Assembly: GCA_963666835.2 (NCBI GenBank)
Contig: CAXXGO010000006.1
Coordinates: 32,001 to 96,000 of the forward strand
Direction of reading: 5' to 3'
Length of the DNA: 64,000 nucleotides
Source: Phycisphaerae bacterium
GTDB taxonomy: Bacteria; Planctomycetota; Phycisphaerae; UBA1845
The notes below the pieces were generated by a model. The model saw only the letters and a list, made by a program, of their open reading frames with translations. It was not told where the DNA came from and searched no databases. A program made the translations under genes and the position numbers. Of this stretch, positions 19,936-30,121 are shown in pieces (position 1 is the stretch's first letter; each line of letters starts with the position of its first letter).

Positions 19936-20967
19936 TCAGAACGACCAGCCGATGGACATTCCGCCGTAGAACTCATCCTGAATGACGCCGTTGTCTTCCA
20001 TATTGCCCACGGCATCGCAGAAGTAGAGGAAGCCCGAGAGCGACACGGAGCCCCAACCGTCTGGAATCCGCAGGGCCTCGGTCAGGTCATAGGTCATGTC
20101 CAGACCCCACAACATTCCCGCGATCCGCGTGCTGTGGTCACGGACTCCACCGAAGTAATGCGTGAAGCCGTGATCAATACACAACGTCCAACTGGGCGTG
20201 ATCGTGAAGTCCGGCGCAACCTCAAACGGGTGGTTCAGACCGAAGGTCATGAACATTGAGCTGCCGGCGCCGAGCGCGACATCCTGATAGAAACCGAAGC
20301 TCGGATTGAGAACTCCGGCTTCGTTGTCGGGCCACAGCCCCTTCCACAACCACGCATCGTTATGCGCCAGGGAGAACCACCACTCCTGGGTGTTCGCCTG
20401 TTTGGCGTTGGGGAAAGTGTAGAAAATGTAGCCGAGCGAGAAGGTGGTGGCGATGGATTCGATGTCGTACGACCAGGTGAGATTGTAATCAACCTCCTGC
20501 AGATTCTGCCCCCCGCCGTCGGGGTTCAGCTTCTTCTGGTCTCCATACCACTCGAACCACGTCCCCACCTTGAACGTACCCAAGCTGCCGGCTTCGCGAT
20601 CGAAGAGCAGCCCGAGATCCACGCCTACCGACACATCCAACTGATGGTTGGGTTTCTCGCGTCCTTCTCCGCGATACTCGGAGAGGTTGATCCCGCGCCA
20701 AACGTAATCCGAATACAGTGCGTAGCTGATGTTGAAGCTCATCAGCTTGCCAGTCGACTCCTCGGCGATTGTGATATCAGTCCGTTCGGAGACCGGGTCA
20801 TCTTGCATCGACATTAGGGCCACGCCGCCCACGGCAGTCAGGTCTTCTTGGACGGTAACAGGCCTAAGTGTCAGCGACGAGTCATCAGCCGCGGCGACAC
20901 CCACCGCCAGCGACAGCATGACGACCACGCCGACGCCCCGGCTCCAGAACTGGGAGCGTGCAAACAT
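19936..20967 (-). CDS. putative outer-membrane beta-barrel (TorF/Gcw_chp-like)
   Basis: Signal peptide; SDYVWRG, EVDY and YIFYTFP motifs; C-terminal Phe (IGWSF). Confidence 0.7.
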   Translation of the reverse strand: MFARSQFWSRGVGVVVMLSLAVGVAAADDSSLTLRPVTVQEDLTAVGGVALMSMQDDPVSERTDITIAEESTGKLMSFNISYALYSDYVWRGINLSEYRGEGREKPNHQLDVSVGVDLGLLFDREAGSLGTFKVGTWFEWYGDQKKLNPDGGGQNLQEVDYNLTWSYDIESIATTFSLGYIFYTFPNAKQANTQEWWFSLAHNDAWLWKGLWPDNEAGVLNPSFGFYQDVALGAGSSMFMTFGLNHPFEVAPDFTITPSWTLCIDHGFTHYFGGVRDHSTRIAGMLWGLDMTYDLTEALRIPDGWGSVSLSGFLYFCDAVGNMEDNGVIQDEFYGGMSIGWSF

Positions 20968-21024
20968 ACTTTATCTCCTTTTGGCACGACGTCCCTGAAT
21001 TACCAGCGCATCTGCCAATGCCGA

Positions 21025-21219
21025 TTAGTCATCCGGGTTCACAAGCTGTTCCACCTGGACCATCACGTAACCATCAACTACCGCCTCGACCGTGGAGTTG
21101 AGGATGTTTCCCCAGGCGTTCACCCAGAAGTCATCCGGCAGGCAGGCCCCGCTCCCGAGTAGCATGCCTCCGCTGAGCGCCAACGCAGCACATTTCGTGC
21201 GAGTTTTCTTCGTCTTCAT
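21025..21219 (-). CDS. small lipoprotein-like peptide (64 aa)
   Basis: AGGAG RBS; basic N-terminus, hydrophobic stretch, GAC; amphipathic helix. Confidence 0.65.
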   Translation of the reverse strand: MKTKKTRTKCAALALSGGMLLGSGACLPDDFWVNAWGNILNSTVEAVVDGYVMVQVEQLVNPDD

Positions 21220-22048
21220 TTGAGCAATCTCCTAACCAAAGAAGGAAAGACAGGCCTCTTGTCGAACTGCTTGAATAGCACCTGCTCCGTCCCCGTTGAC
21301 CGTCGGGCACACGGATCCTGCCAAGAAGCCAAGATTCTTCCTTATCGTACATATGCCGATCGCCTCATCACTAAGTGTCCGAGAAAAATCGAAGGCTCCA
21401 TCGGCGAAAACCGTAACAACCCGGTCCAGCGGCCTTCAAGAGGTCACGCCGATTACCGTCGACGGTGCTCTCACATACGGGCGCGCTGCCGGAACAGAAC
21501 GCCCGCAAAGAGCTCGCCAAGACAACGCCTCGCAAACGCCACCTTTGCATGCTCAGGCGACCCGTGACCTGCACACCAGTCAGGCGGCCGGCCTCTCTTT
21601 ATAAAGTATCGCCCATCGACTAACTGACGTGACACCGGTCCTCCAAAACCGGTGCTGCCCGCCAATCGGCCCTTGTGTCCGGCGCATGGCACGAGGGAAC
21701 GGCGTCTGCCGAATGACCGAATCGCGGGTGGGAATAACCCGCGGATTCCGGGATCGGCCCCCTCCCTGTCCGGCATTCTAGTGAACACCCCATTACAGGC
21801 GTGCTAAACCGAGTAGATGTGAACGCCGAGTTAACTGAAATACTGGTACCGGTATCGAATCGACCGGATTCCGACAATGTTCTCCGAACCGCTCGGAGGT
21901 TGCGCCGATTCTGGGTGACCAAGAGCTCGGCCAATGAAAAGCTGGTTCGGGAGGCCGGACGTAGGTTAGCACGGGGCCGCGCACCGCGGGCGGATACCCG
22001 CTCGCAACGAACGCGGTTCGTTCGAAACTGCTGGAAAGGCGGAAACAA

Positions 22049-22618
22049 ATGAGCACAGACGTGATGGAAAGGCCTCAGACTAGTACGACTTCTGCGGAGC
22101 GGAACTCCAACGACCTGGGCGGGAAGTACCTGACCTTCCAGTTGTCCAACGAGGAATACGGGGTCGAGATCCTCAAGGTCCGCGAGATCATCGGGGTAAT
22201 GGACATCACGGCCGTGCCCCAAATGCCCATCTACATGAAGGGTGTCATCAACCTCCGCGGCAAGGTCATTCCGGTTGTTGACCTTCGGCTGAAGTTTGGG
22301 CTTCCGGAGGCGGAGCACACTGAGGAGACATGCATCATCGTCGTCGATGTGGGCAAGGAAGTCGGGATTATCGTGGATACGGTTTCCGAGGTGTTGGATG
22401 TTATTAACGAGAACATCGAGCCTGCCCCGGCCATGGGCGGGTCGGTGGACACGGCATTCATCCTCGGGATGGGCAAGGTGGGCGAGGACGTCAAGATTCT
22501 CCTCGACATTGACCGAGTCCTGACCACAGACGAATTGGCGCGCGTGGCGTCTCTTACCGATACGGATGACCTGGAGGAGTCCGAGGGCCTCGTCGACGAG
22601 GGCACGCCGGGAGCCTGA
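22049..22618 (+). CDS. cheW: chemotaxis protein CheW
   Basis: YLTFQL..EEYG, GVINLRGKVIPVVDLR, VGIIVDTVSEV. Confidence 0.95.
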   Translation: MSTDVMERPQTSTTSAERNSNDLGGKYLTFQLSNEEYGVEILKVREIIGVMDITAVPQMPIYMKGVINLRGKVIPVVDLRLKFGLPEAEHTEETCIIVVDVGKEVGIIVDTVSEVLDVINENIEPAPAMGGSVDTAFILGMGKVGEDVKILLDIDRVLTTDELARVASLTDTDDLEESEGLVDEGTPGA

Positions 22619-22841
22619 GCCGGGGCGACGGCGGAACTTGGCTCGTCCACCTCACGGGCGACACGTATAAGCCTGCCTGCCCGCAACGCAGTCGCGGGAC
22701 GCGGAGACGTTCTTGCGCCGGCGGCACGATTCCGGTGCTTCAAAAGTGGGGCAACGGTCTGACTACGACTGTCCCAATCTCGCCCAAGACGCAATGCGAC
22801 CCGCTTGACCGAGTTCGGGGCGGCGTATTATCCTCCGGGGT

Positions 22842-23435
22842 ATGATCCGCAAGCTGGTATTCTCAATGGTCGTCGTGGGCAGCGCGTTGATTACGGGTTG
22901 CTTCTCTCCGCAGCGCACCGATTACGCTGTTGCGCAGCAGATCGGAATCGCCTCTGATTCACCGCAGGCTGATCAGCTTTGGGAGGTGGTTCAGGACACG
23001 CTCCGTCGACACCGATTTCGTCTTGACCGGGTGGACCGGCGGGCCGGCGTGATAACGACGATTCCGGAAACCTCTCAGCACTTCTTCGAGTTCTGGCGAC
23101 ATGACGTAGACACATGGTCCGACCTGTGGGAGGCGACCTTGAACCCGATCCGCCGGAGAGCGGAAGTATCGCTGACGGCAAACGAAGACGAACAGGCTTG
23201 GGAGCAGATCTGTGTTGTGGTCCACAAGGAGCAGCTCTCATCGCCTGACCGGCAATTCAATAGTACCGGCGCCGCTTACCAGTTCTTCGGCGATAGCCTT
23301 CCCTCGACAACGGGACTGGCGCGGGTTACGGCGGAACACGACCGGTGGCTGGACGTGGGCCGCGACGCCGCGATGGAGGACCGCCTGCTGCGCTTGATGC
23401 TCGCCGGCGCAGGGCTGACCGCTCCCGAGGGATAG
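22842..23435 (+). CDS. hypothetical lipoprotein
   Basis: Lipobox ITGC; TTGACC...TATTAT promoter-like elements just upstream. Confidence 0.7.
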   Translation: MIRKLVFSMVVVGSALITGCFSPQRTDYAVAQQIGIASDSPQADQLWEVVQDTLRRHRFRLDRVDRRAGVITTIPETSQHFFEFWRHDVDTWSDLWEATLNPIRRRAEVSLTANEDEQAWEQICVVVHKEQLSSPDRQFNSTGAAYQFFGDSLPSTTGLARVTAEHDRWLDVGRDAAMEDRLLRLMLAGAGLTAPEG

Positions 23436-23524
23436 TCCGGGCTTGAGCAAGAAGCACCGCGGGCCGGTTAATCCGGCGTCTTAGTCCGACGGGTACAGCG
23501 GCGGTGGCTTGAGGGTCGTGCCCT

Positions 23525-24721
23525 ATGCCGACGAGGAGTAGCCTCATGCCGTGGGTTCTACCTGCAGCCGTGCTCGTTTTGCTTGTCGGTCCGGAGGAGT
23601 CCGGCCTGCCCGAAGCGCACAACCCCACCGCGCACGATATCGCAGTCTCGGCCGCCGTGGCCATCCTCCCCGACCCCCTCGGTTCGTTCTTCGAATCCAA
23701 CCAGGCCGAGTTGACGGAATACGCCGGTGGTGCCCGGCGGACGGCCGATTCGAAGCACGGGCCGCGCGACCGAGCGGAATGGCACTATCTTATGTTGGAT
23801 GTAGGGGCGGTCGGCACCGACTGGGCAGCTCGGCACGCCGCTGCCCGGGAGTTTCCAATCCACCGCGCCGCTGCGCGGACGCTCTTTGAACAACACGGGA
23901 TTACTGCGGGGGGTAAGCTCCCTTGGGTGCTCAAAGATCACCATCATGATCTGGTTCGGGCGTTTGAGCGCGGCGACGAGCAGGCAGTTTTACGTGAAGC
24001 CGGCGTGACGCTGGGTCTGGCCGTGGATGCCGCATTGCCGTTCAACTCGACCGCCGACCAAGATGGTGTTCAAGAGGGACATCTGAAATGGGAGGCTTCT
24101 GGGGCGTCCCCCGAGGCGGGGCGGCATCGAACGCCCCGGCAGCGCCTCCAAGGTGAGCTTCTAAGGCGGTTTAAGATGCGTTTGGAGTACGAAGTACGCG
24201 TCTGGCCCGCGCGAATCGGCCGAATCGACCGACCAACGGAAGCGGCGTTCGAGGTGCTTCGAGAATCTCACGCATGCCTGGCGGACCTGCTGGCGATAGA
24301 CGCGGAGTCCGTTGCGCGGGCCGGAGCCACGGATGCGCACTCGTTCCTGGCGGCCTCCAATTGCTACTACGACCGCTTGGGCAAGTTTGCGCTGCCCATT
24401 ATGGAATCACGTTTGGAGGCTGCCGCGTTGCTCGGGGCGGGGCTGGTTAGATCGGCATGGGAGGCGGCGAACCGCCCGGATTGGCCCCCGCGTCAGGTGG
24501 AACCGCAGGCGGAGAGCGCCCAGCCTGCGCCGTCTCCGGCAGTCCAGTACATCGGCAGCCGCAATTCGCTGGTCGTCCATCGGGCCGGCTGTCCCCACGT
24601 TGCCCGGATCAAACCCGAGAATCGGATTGTCTTCCGGACATTTGCGGAGGCCTCAGCGGCAGGGAGGATCCCCTGCAAGGTATGCAAGCCGGACGCGCCG
24701 GAGCCTCCGGACAAACCCTAA
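23525..24721 (+). CDS. secreted protein: degenerate phospholipase C/P1-nuclease-like domain plus C-terminal Ada-type metal-binding domain
   Basis: WHY, GKLPW and DAALPFNST segments; YIGSRNS..HRAGC...PCKVCKP. Confidence 0.6.
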   Translation: MPTRSSLMPWVLPAAVLVLLVGPEESGLPEAHNPTAHDIAVSAAVAILPDPLGSFFESNQAELTEYAGGARRTADSKHGPRDRAEWHYLMLDVGAVGTDWAARHAAAREFPIHRAAARTLFEQHGITAGGKLPWVLKDHHHDLVRAFERGDEQAVLREAGVTLGLAVDAALPFNSTADQDGVQEGHLKWEASGASPEAGRHRTPRQRLQGELLRRFKMRLEYEVRVWPARIGRIDRPTEAAFEVLRESHACLADLLAIDAESVARAGATDAHSFLAASNCYYDRLGKFALPIMESRLEAAALLGAGLVRSAWEAANRPDWPPRQVEPQAESAQPAPSPAVQYIGSRNSLVVHRAGCPHVARIKPENRIVFRTFAEASAAGRIPCKVCKPDAPEPPDKP

Positions 24722-24903
24722 TAGCCCAGTTTGCCCCATTCATCGCGTAAAAAAGATGGAAGGTGCCATCGTGGCGTCTGGCACCCTCCATTCCAGTGAT
24801 GTCCTTAGTTGAACGTCAACGCGACTACGAAACCTCGCCGACCGCCGTGGCGTAAGCCGGCCGGCGCTGGGCCTCTCGCATCGACAGGCAAGGCATCTAC
24901 TTT

Positions 24904-25119
24904 CTACAATGCACTCTTCTTTGCGGTTCTCTTCTTGGCTTTCTTCTTGGCGGTCTTCTTCTTGGCTACCTTTTTCTTGGCAACTTTCTTCTTAGCTACC
25001 TTCTTCTTGGCAACCTTCTTCTTCGCTACTTTCTTCTTGGCAACTTTCTTCTTAGCTACCTTCTTCTTCGCTGTCTTCTTCTTGACAGTCTTCTTGGCCA
25101 CTTTGCGTTTCTTCGCCAT
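24904..25119 (-). CDS. histone H1-like lysine-rich protein (KKKVA repeats)
   Basis: Strong AGGAGGTG RBS; 71 aa with tandem AKKKV repeats showing synonymous codon variation. Confidence 0.85.
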   Translation of the reverse strand: MAKKRKVAKKTVKKKTAKKKVAKKKVAKKKVAKKKVAKKKVAKKKVAKKKVAKKKTAKKKAKKRTAKKSAL

Positions 25120-26243
25120 GCACATCACCTCCTTTCTTAACAAAATCCTACACTATCGTTGCGACGTGTCAAAAAGAAATTGCCGCTTGCTGCTCCTGGT
25201 CGGTTGTCACCGCGATACCCGCAAGCAAGGTCTCCATCGGTTGATCCTAAGTCAATCGGAGCCGTCAGAGCCGGACAACGACGCACATCTGTCATGACAT
25301 GATAACGGCACTTGCGCTTGACTCGAAGCCGTCCCGCGGCGTCGCGCCTAAGTGCTAATGCCCGATCGGACAGGTAGCGGCCGGGCCGAAACGCACTGCC
25401 GGACGCCCTCGGATTCCGAATCACGGCGAGCCTCATCCGGACGGCCCCTCTTCGAAAAATCGTCAAAAACAACGAGAAAAACCAGCATCCGACAGCCCGG
25501 CTTCCGGAATGCCTCACCCCCTTCCGGAGCACTCTCCCCGCTGCCCGGGTGCGGCGCGGTCACGATCGTCTCATCACACAACATCCGCCGATACGGTGTG
25601 CCACTATTGTGACAGTATGCCACACTTCCGTCATCTCTGGAACTGGTATGCGGTCGTGGATCCGCGGATCGGATCGCCTTCGGGACCGGTTGCGAAACGT
25701 TGCAATCGGCTCCCAAATACGCCATCCGAAACCACGAAAAAAATTTGAAAATTTTTTCGATTTTTCCCTTGCACCCGCGCAGAATCCGCCCCTCGTTGAA
25801 GCGTTTGGTGCAGACGTCCGCATGTAAGAGCGGGGGTCCGTCCCGGTGCCGCGGGGCGTCACAAGCTCCGTTTCGGGTCGTTGCGGACGAGTGCAAACGG
25901 TGAAAGAAAGCGCAAGCCCGATCGATACTCCCGTGGACCGGCGGCACCTCACCGCCGTTTCGCGCCGCCGGTCAATCGCCACGCCGCCGGTGCCGCATCG
26001 GCCCAACCAACGCGGGCGTCCAGTAGCGCAGACCTCCCGTAGCGCAGACATCCTGTCTGCAGACGGCGCGACACGGCGTTTTAGTGACGCGGCAAGTTCA
26101 CTCGGGAGGCGATAGCGGTCGGTCGGATGTCGCGCAGGGCGAACGGCTTGCCGGTACACTGACCTTACAATGGGAAAAGAGCACCCGGAGGCGCGGAAAA
26201 CACCCCAAGGATAATCCGGAGGCAACTAAACGAATTTGCCGGC

Positions 26244-26804
26244 TTACTTCGCCCGTTCGACGTACTCACCAGTTCGCGTGTCGACGCGGACTACTTCGCC
26301 GGGCGATAGGAACGAGGGCACCCGGATCTTAGCTCCGGTTTCCAGTATAGCTTCCTTTGGCTGGTTCGTGGCTGTAGCACCTTTGACGACCGGGGGGGTG
26401 TCCTCGATCCTCAACTCCACTACGTGAGCCGTTTCGAAAGAAACGATCTGACCTTCGAAGATCTCGACGGAGACCTTCTGGTTCGGGGTGAGCCACTTGG
26501 CCGCGTCCGCCACAATCTCGGCATCTACCGGAAACTGATCGTACGTCTCGAGATCCATGACGATGTAGTTCTCCCCTTCGCGATATAGGAACTCGTACGT
26601 CTTCGATTCTACAAACGGCACTTCCAGCAGGTCGTCTACCCGGAATCTGACCTCCGCGATGACCCCGCTTTTGAGGTTCTTCACCTTCGCCTGCATGTAG
26701 CTGCGCTTGTTCCCCTTGGCAACATGCTTGGCTTCATGAATAACGCTCAGTTGCCCTTCGTAGATGATGGTCCGCCCTTTGCGGAGGTCGACGGCCTTGA
26801 TCAT
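26244..26804 (-). CDS. efp: translation elongation factor P (atypical tip loop AKGNK)
   Basis: DLRKG, YEFLY, MDLETYDQ, KGATA, LETG, VPSF, VDTRTGEYVERA. Confidence 0.93.
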   Translation of the reverse strand: MIKAVDLRKGRTIIYEGQLSVIHEAKHVAKGNKRSYMQAKVKNLKSGVIAEVRFRVDDLLEVPFVESKTYEFLYREGENYIVMDLETYDQFPVDAEIVADAAKWLTPNQKVSVEIFEGQIVSFETAHVVELRIEDTPPVVKGATATNQPKEAILETGAKIRVPSFLSPGEVVRVDTRTGEYVERAK

Positions 26805-27003
26805 TTCCCGCAGCTCCAACTCAACTTCCTAAGAAACTCCCGATCTCCATGGTGGCAAGAGTGGTTCTCCAGGTCAATAGCCGTGAGCCGGTGCGTTCGC
26901 AGCATCGGCGCCGGTCGCCGGTGGTTATCGGGACTCGCCGGTCCTACGATCGTCACGCGGCGTGTTTGGAATCCAGCGGACTCGAACCTAAGATGGGCTC
27001 ATC

Positions 27004-27816
27004 ATGAGTAAACCCCGGCGGTCACCCGTACAGAAATACCACGACAGAGTAGCTGGAAAGTACGACCACAGCTACGAAGACGCGTACTGGCGATGGCACG
27101 ACGCCCTGACGTGGGATTATCTCAAGCCTCATCTGCCGCGCGACATGAGCGCCCGGGTACTCGATTTGGGCTGCGGGACGGGCAAATGGGGCGCCAAAAT
27201 CTCCAAGAGCGGCTATGCGGTTACGAGCGTCGACATCTCGGGGAAGATGCTGAACCAGGCCCGTCGCAAAATCGAGGACGAAATCGGCGCCGACGATGCG
27301 TGCTTCCTGCAGGCGGATCTCTGTGACCTTTCCGAGCTGCCGTCCGCCGAGTTCGCCCTTGCCGTAGCGATGGGGGATCCGATCGGATGCACCAAGGCGC
27401 CCGCCAAGGCCTTGAAGGAAGTTCGGCGGGTCCTTACCGACGACGGCGTGCTGGTGGCCACGTTCGACAACCGCCTGGCAGCCGTTGACTTCTATCTGTC
27501 CGGCGGAGACCGGGCGGCATTCACCCGTTTTCTTCGCGACGGCAAAACGCACTGGCTGACCAGAGACGCCGACGAGCAGTTTCCGATTCACACGTACGGT
27601 CCGGGGGATCTTCGACGACTGATCGAGGGCACCGGCTTCGAAGTGCTGGACTTGCTCGGCAAGACTGTCCTGCCGATGCGCCATTATCGGGGCCTGCTGG
27701 CTACCCCGGCAGACCGACGAAGCTGGGCAAAGGTGGAAAAGAGCCTCTGCCGCGACGCCGCGGCGATGGGTAGAGCGTCACACCTGCAAGTTGCCTGTCG
27801 GGTTACCCGAGGATAG
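27004..27816 (+). CDS. class I SAM-dependent methyltransferase
   Basis: VLDLGCGTG, VDISGKML, LKEVRRVL. Confidence 0.9.
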   Translation: MSKPRRSPVQKYHDRVAGKYDHSYEDAYWRWHDALTWDYLKPHLPRDMSARVLDLGCGTGKWGAKISKSGYAVTSVDISGKMLNQARRKIEDEIGADDACFLQADLCDLSELPSAEFALAVAMGDPIGCTKAPAKALKEVRRVLTDDGVLVATFDNRLAAVDFYLSGGDRAAFTRFLRDGKTHWLTRDADEQFPIHTYGPGDLRRLIEGTGFEVLDLLGKTVLPMRHYRGLLATPADRRSWAKVEKSLCRDAAAMGRASHLQVACRVTRG

Positions 27817-28001
27817 CGAACCCCGGACAGCGTATCGCCCGTTACCGGAACGTTGCCCCGGAGGCCCCCCGCTTTGCCGGGATGCGCGGATTGGGCAGCT
27901 CCGGTTGCGAGACCACCCTACGCATGGCATAATGGATGGACTCGGATTCGTTCGACGTGACCGAGTCCGCTGATTCGGAACCGTTGTCCAACGGAGCAAC
28001 A

Positions 28002-28739
28002 ATGGGCGAGACATTAGAAGCCTTACGTCGCCTTCAGGATATAGAACTCCAGCTCGCGACAATCCGACGGAAGAGAGAAGCGAAAGCACGCCGGGCGGAC
28101 ACTCACGAACGAAAGGTCGCCCAGGCTGACGAGAAACTGGAAGCCCAACGGGCTTTACTGCGGGACCGGCAAGTCAGGCTCGACGCGCTCACCTTGGAAA
28201 TATCCGCTCGGGAAGAGTCCACAGGCAAACACCGCGAGGCCCTCAACAAGGCCAAGACCAACAAAGAATACAGCGCAATACTCGCGGCCATGAATACCGA
28301 AAAGGCCGACACGGCCAAGCTGGAGAACAGCATCTTGGTGCTCATGGAGGAGATTCAAGCTGCTCAGCAGGTATTGGCCGACCTGGAAGCCCAGAAGACC
28401 AAGTACGTCGAGGACGTCGGGGCTTCGCGGAAGACCCTGGCGGATTATGACGCCGAATCCAAGGACGAACGCGAACGGTTGGAGGCCGTGCATGACGAGC
28501 ATGCCAAGGGCATCGCTCCGGCGGTTCTGGCCTCGTTCTCGCGAGTGGCCCAGCGGCACGACGGAGAGGCGATGGCGATCGTCACCAGACTTCATCCCAA
28601 ACGGGAGGAGTACATGTGCGGGGGCTGCAACATGAAGGTGACGCTCGAAACCGTCAACAGCCTACAGACTCGCGATGAGATTCAGTTGTGCAGTTGTTGC
28701 GGCCGGATCCTGCATCTCGAGGCGGCGCCGGCTAAGTAA
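28002..28739 (+). CDS. coiled-coil C4 zinc-ribbon protein (DUF164/CT398-like)
   Basis: LRRLQDIE, TNKEY, CGGC...CSCCGRIL. Confidence 0.88.
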   Translation: MGETLEALRRLQDIELQLATIRRKREAKARRADTHERKVAQADEKLEAQRALLRDRQVRLDALTLEISAREESTGKHREALNKAKTNKEYSAILAAMNTEKADTAKLENSILVLMEEIQAAQQVLADLEAQKTKYVEDVGASRKTLADYDAESKDERERLEAVHDEHAKGIAPAVLASFSRVAQRHDGEAMAIVTRLHPKREEYMCGGCNMKVTLETVNSLQTRDEIQLCSCCGRILHLEAAPAK

Positions 28740-28945
28740 CGTGCGGAGAATCTACCGTTCGACCGGTGACAGGGGTGCGTAACGCATCGCGCGTCTTTGC
28801 GCGATGCCGCGGGGGGTGTCAGAACAAGTAGTCCCTCCTTGTCCGGTTGGAGTTTCGCTTGACGATCATCGGGGTTCTCGCCGATAACGTTCGTGAGGAG
28901 TATCGTTAACTCGCAGGGTAATTACGTCGGCCAGGAGGGTGACGC

Positions 28946-29647
28946 ATGCGAGATGTGGTATTGGTCGCCGTGATTCTCGCGGCGTGTGCGGGTGCGTGCG
29001 TGCCGGCAGAGAGTATCGAGACCCTTCCGCCGCAGCGCCCGCCGGTAACGTATCGAACTTCCAAAGCTGAGCCGTCCGTCGAAAAGCCGCCTCCGACCCC
29101 GCGCCGCAGTTACCGCAGCCCGGCTTGCAAACCTGCTATCGAAACGGGCCCCAGGTCTTGGATGCCGACCTGTCAGAGGATCAGCCCGCGGTGGACGACG
29201 ATCGTCATCCACCATAGCGCTACAAAGCACGGCAGTGCGTCGACCTTCGACCGGTATCATCGCCAACATAACGGATGGGACGAGCTGGGCTACCATTTCG
29301 TGATTGGTAACGGAACCGATACCCCGGACGGCCATGTTGAAGTCGGCCCCCGCTGGAACAAGCAGAAGCACGGCGCCCACTGTAAGACGCCGTCGAATTA
29401 CTTCAACGAACACGGTATCGGCATCTGCCTGGTGGGCGACTTCGATAAAACCCGCCCCACCAGCCGTCAGCTCGCCTCGCTCAATCGGCTGGTCAAGTAC
29501 TTGTGCGCGGCCTGCCGGATTCCCGTAAGTCGGGTGACTACGCACGGCGGGGTCACGCACAAGACCCGCTGCCCCGGACGCAACTTCGACATCGCCGCGG
29601 TCCGCAGGGCCATCACCGTGCCGGTGACGGCCTCGGTCCACCGCTAG
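28946..29647 (+). CDS. N-acetylmuramoyl-L-alanine amidase (Amidase_2/PGRP-like), lipoprotein
   Basis: IVIHHSA, GWDELGYHFVI, GAHC, IGICLVGDF, TRCPG. Confidence 0.9.
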   Translation: MRDVVLVAVILAACAGACVPAESIETLPPQRPPVTYRTSKAEPSVEKPPPTPRRSYRSPACKPAIETGPRSWMPTCQRISPRWTTIVIHHSATKHGSASTFDRYHRQHNGWDELGYHFVIGNGTDTPDGHVEVGPRWNKQKHGAHCKTPSNYFNEHGIGICLVGDFDKTRPTSRQLASLNRLVKYLCAACRIPVSRVTTHGGVTHKTRCPGRNFDIAAVRRAITVPVTASVHR

Positions 29648-29899
29648 ATGGTCTGATAACTGTGCCGGCGGCTGGGAGGGCACGGAAATATCGGATGTAC
29701 TAAACCGCAGCCGCGGTCGGGCCGAAGGGGTATTAGGTAAGTAGAATAGCGGCCGGCCGGCACGACGCCGTAAACGGTGGACTCGTGCCGGGTTCCTGGT
29801 ATACCCGGATGGGCCGGGATGAACCCGTTGCCCTGCGGCCCTTGCTAGCGAGACCGAATCGGGCAGGTGAAGATCGCCCCGTGCTCAGGAGCAGACGAA

Positions 29900-30121
29900 A
29901 TGAACAAGAACTCCCGTTGGCAACGCGTTGTCCGGCTGACCATGGCATTGGCCGTAGGCGGATCGGCATTCCAGCTCAGTGGTTGTGATCCGGCCGTGCG
30001 CTCGACCGTGTTGACCGGACTAGAGACCACGACCCAGAGCCTGACATCAACCCTGATCTCGGCGTTCTTCCTCACCCTGGAGGATGATACCAGCAGCTCG
30101 AGCAGCCTGACCACTACGTAG
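29900..30121 (+). CDS. small lipoprotein-like peptide (73 aa)
   Basis: AGGAG RBS; signal ending FQLSGC; amphipathic helix; Ser/Thr tail. Confidence 0.65.
   Translation: MNKNSRWQRVVRLTMALAVGGSAFQLSGCDPAVRSTVLTGLETTTQSLTSTLISAFFLTLEDDTSSSSSLTTT

Noticed and set aside
21230..22040. c-di-GMP riboswitch or sRNA upstream of cheW
   Set aside because: No convincing GGCAAAC/GAAA consensus structure
24809..25297. Plus-strand FFLAT-repeat ORF
   Set aside because: Antisense shadow of the Lys-rich gene, which has the strong RBS
25150..26230. ORFs or ncRNA in the 1.1-kb intergenic region
   Set aside because: ORFs have low-complexity shadow composition; only an AT-rich promoter-like patch and a family F REP were recognisable
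28740..28940. rnpB, often found after the zinc-ribbon gene
   Set aside because: Gap too short and no GAGGAAAGTCC motif
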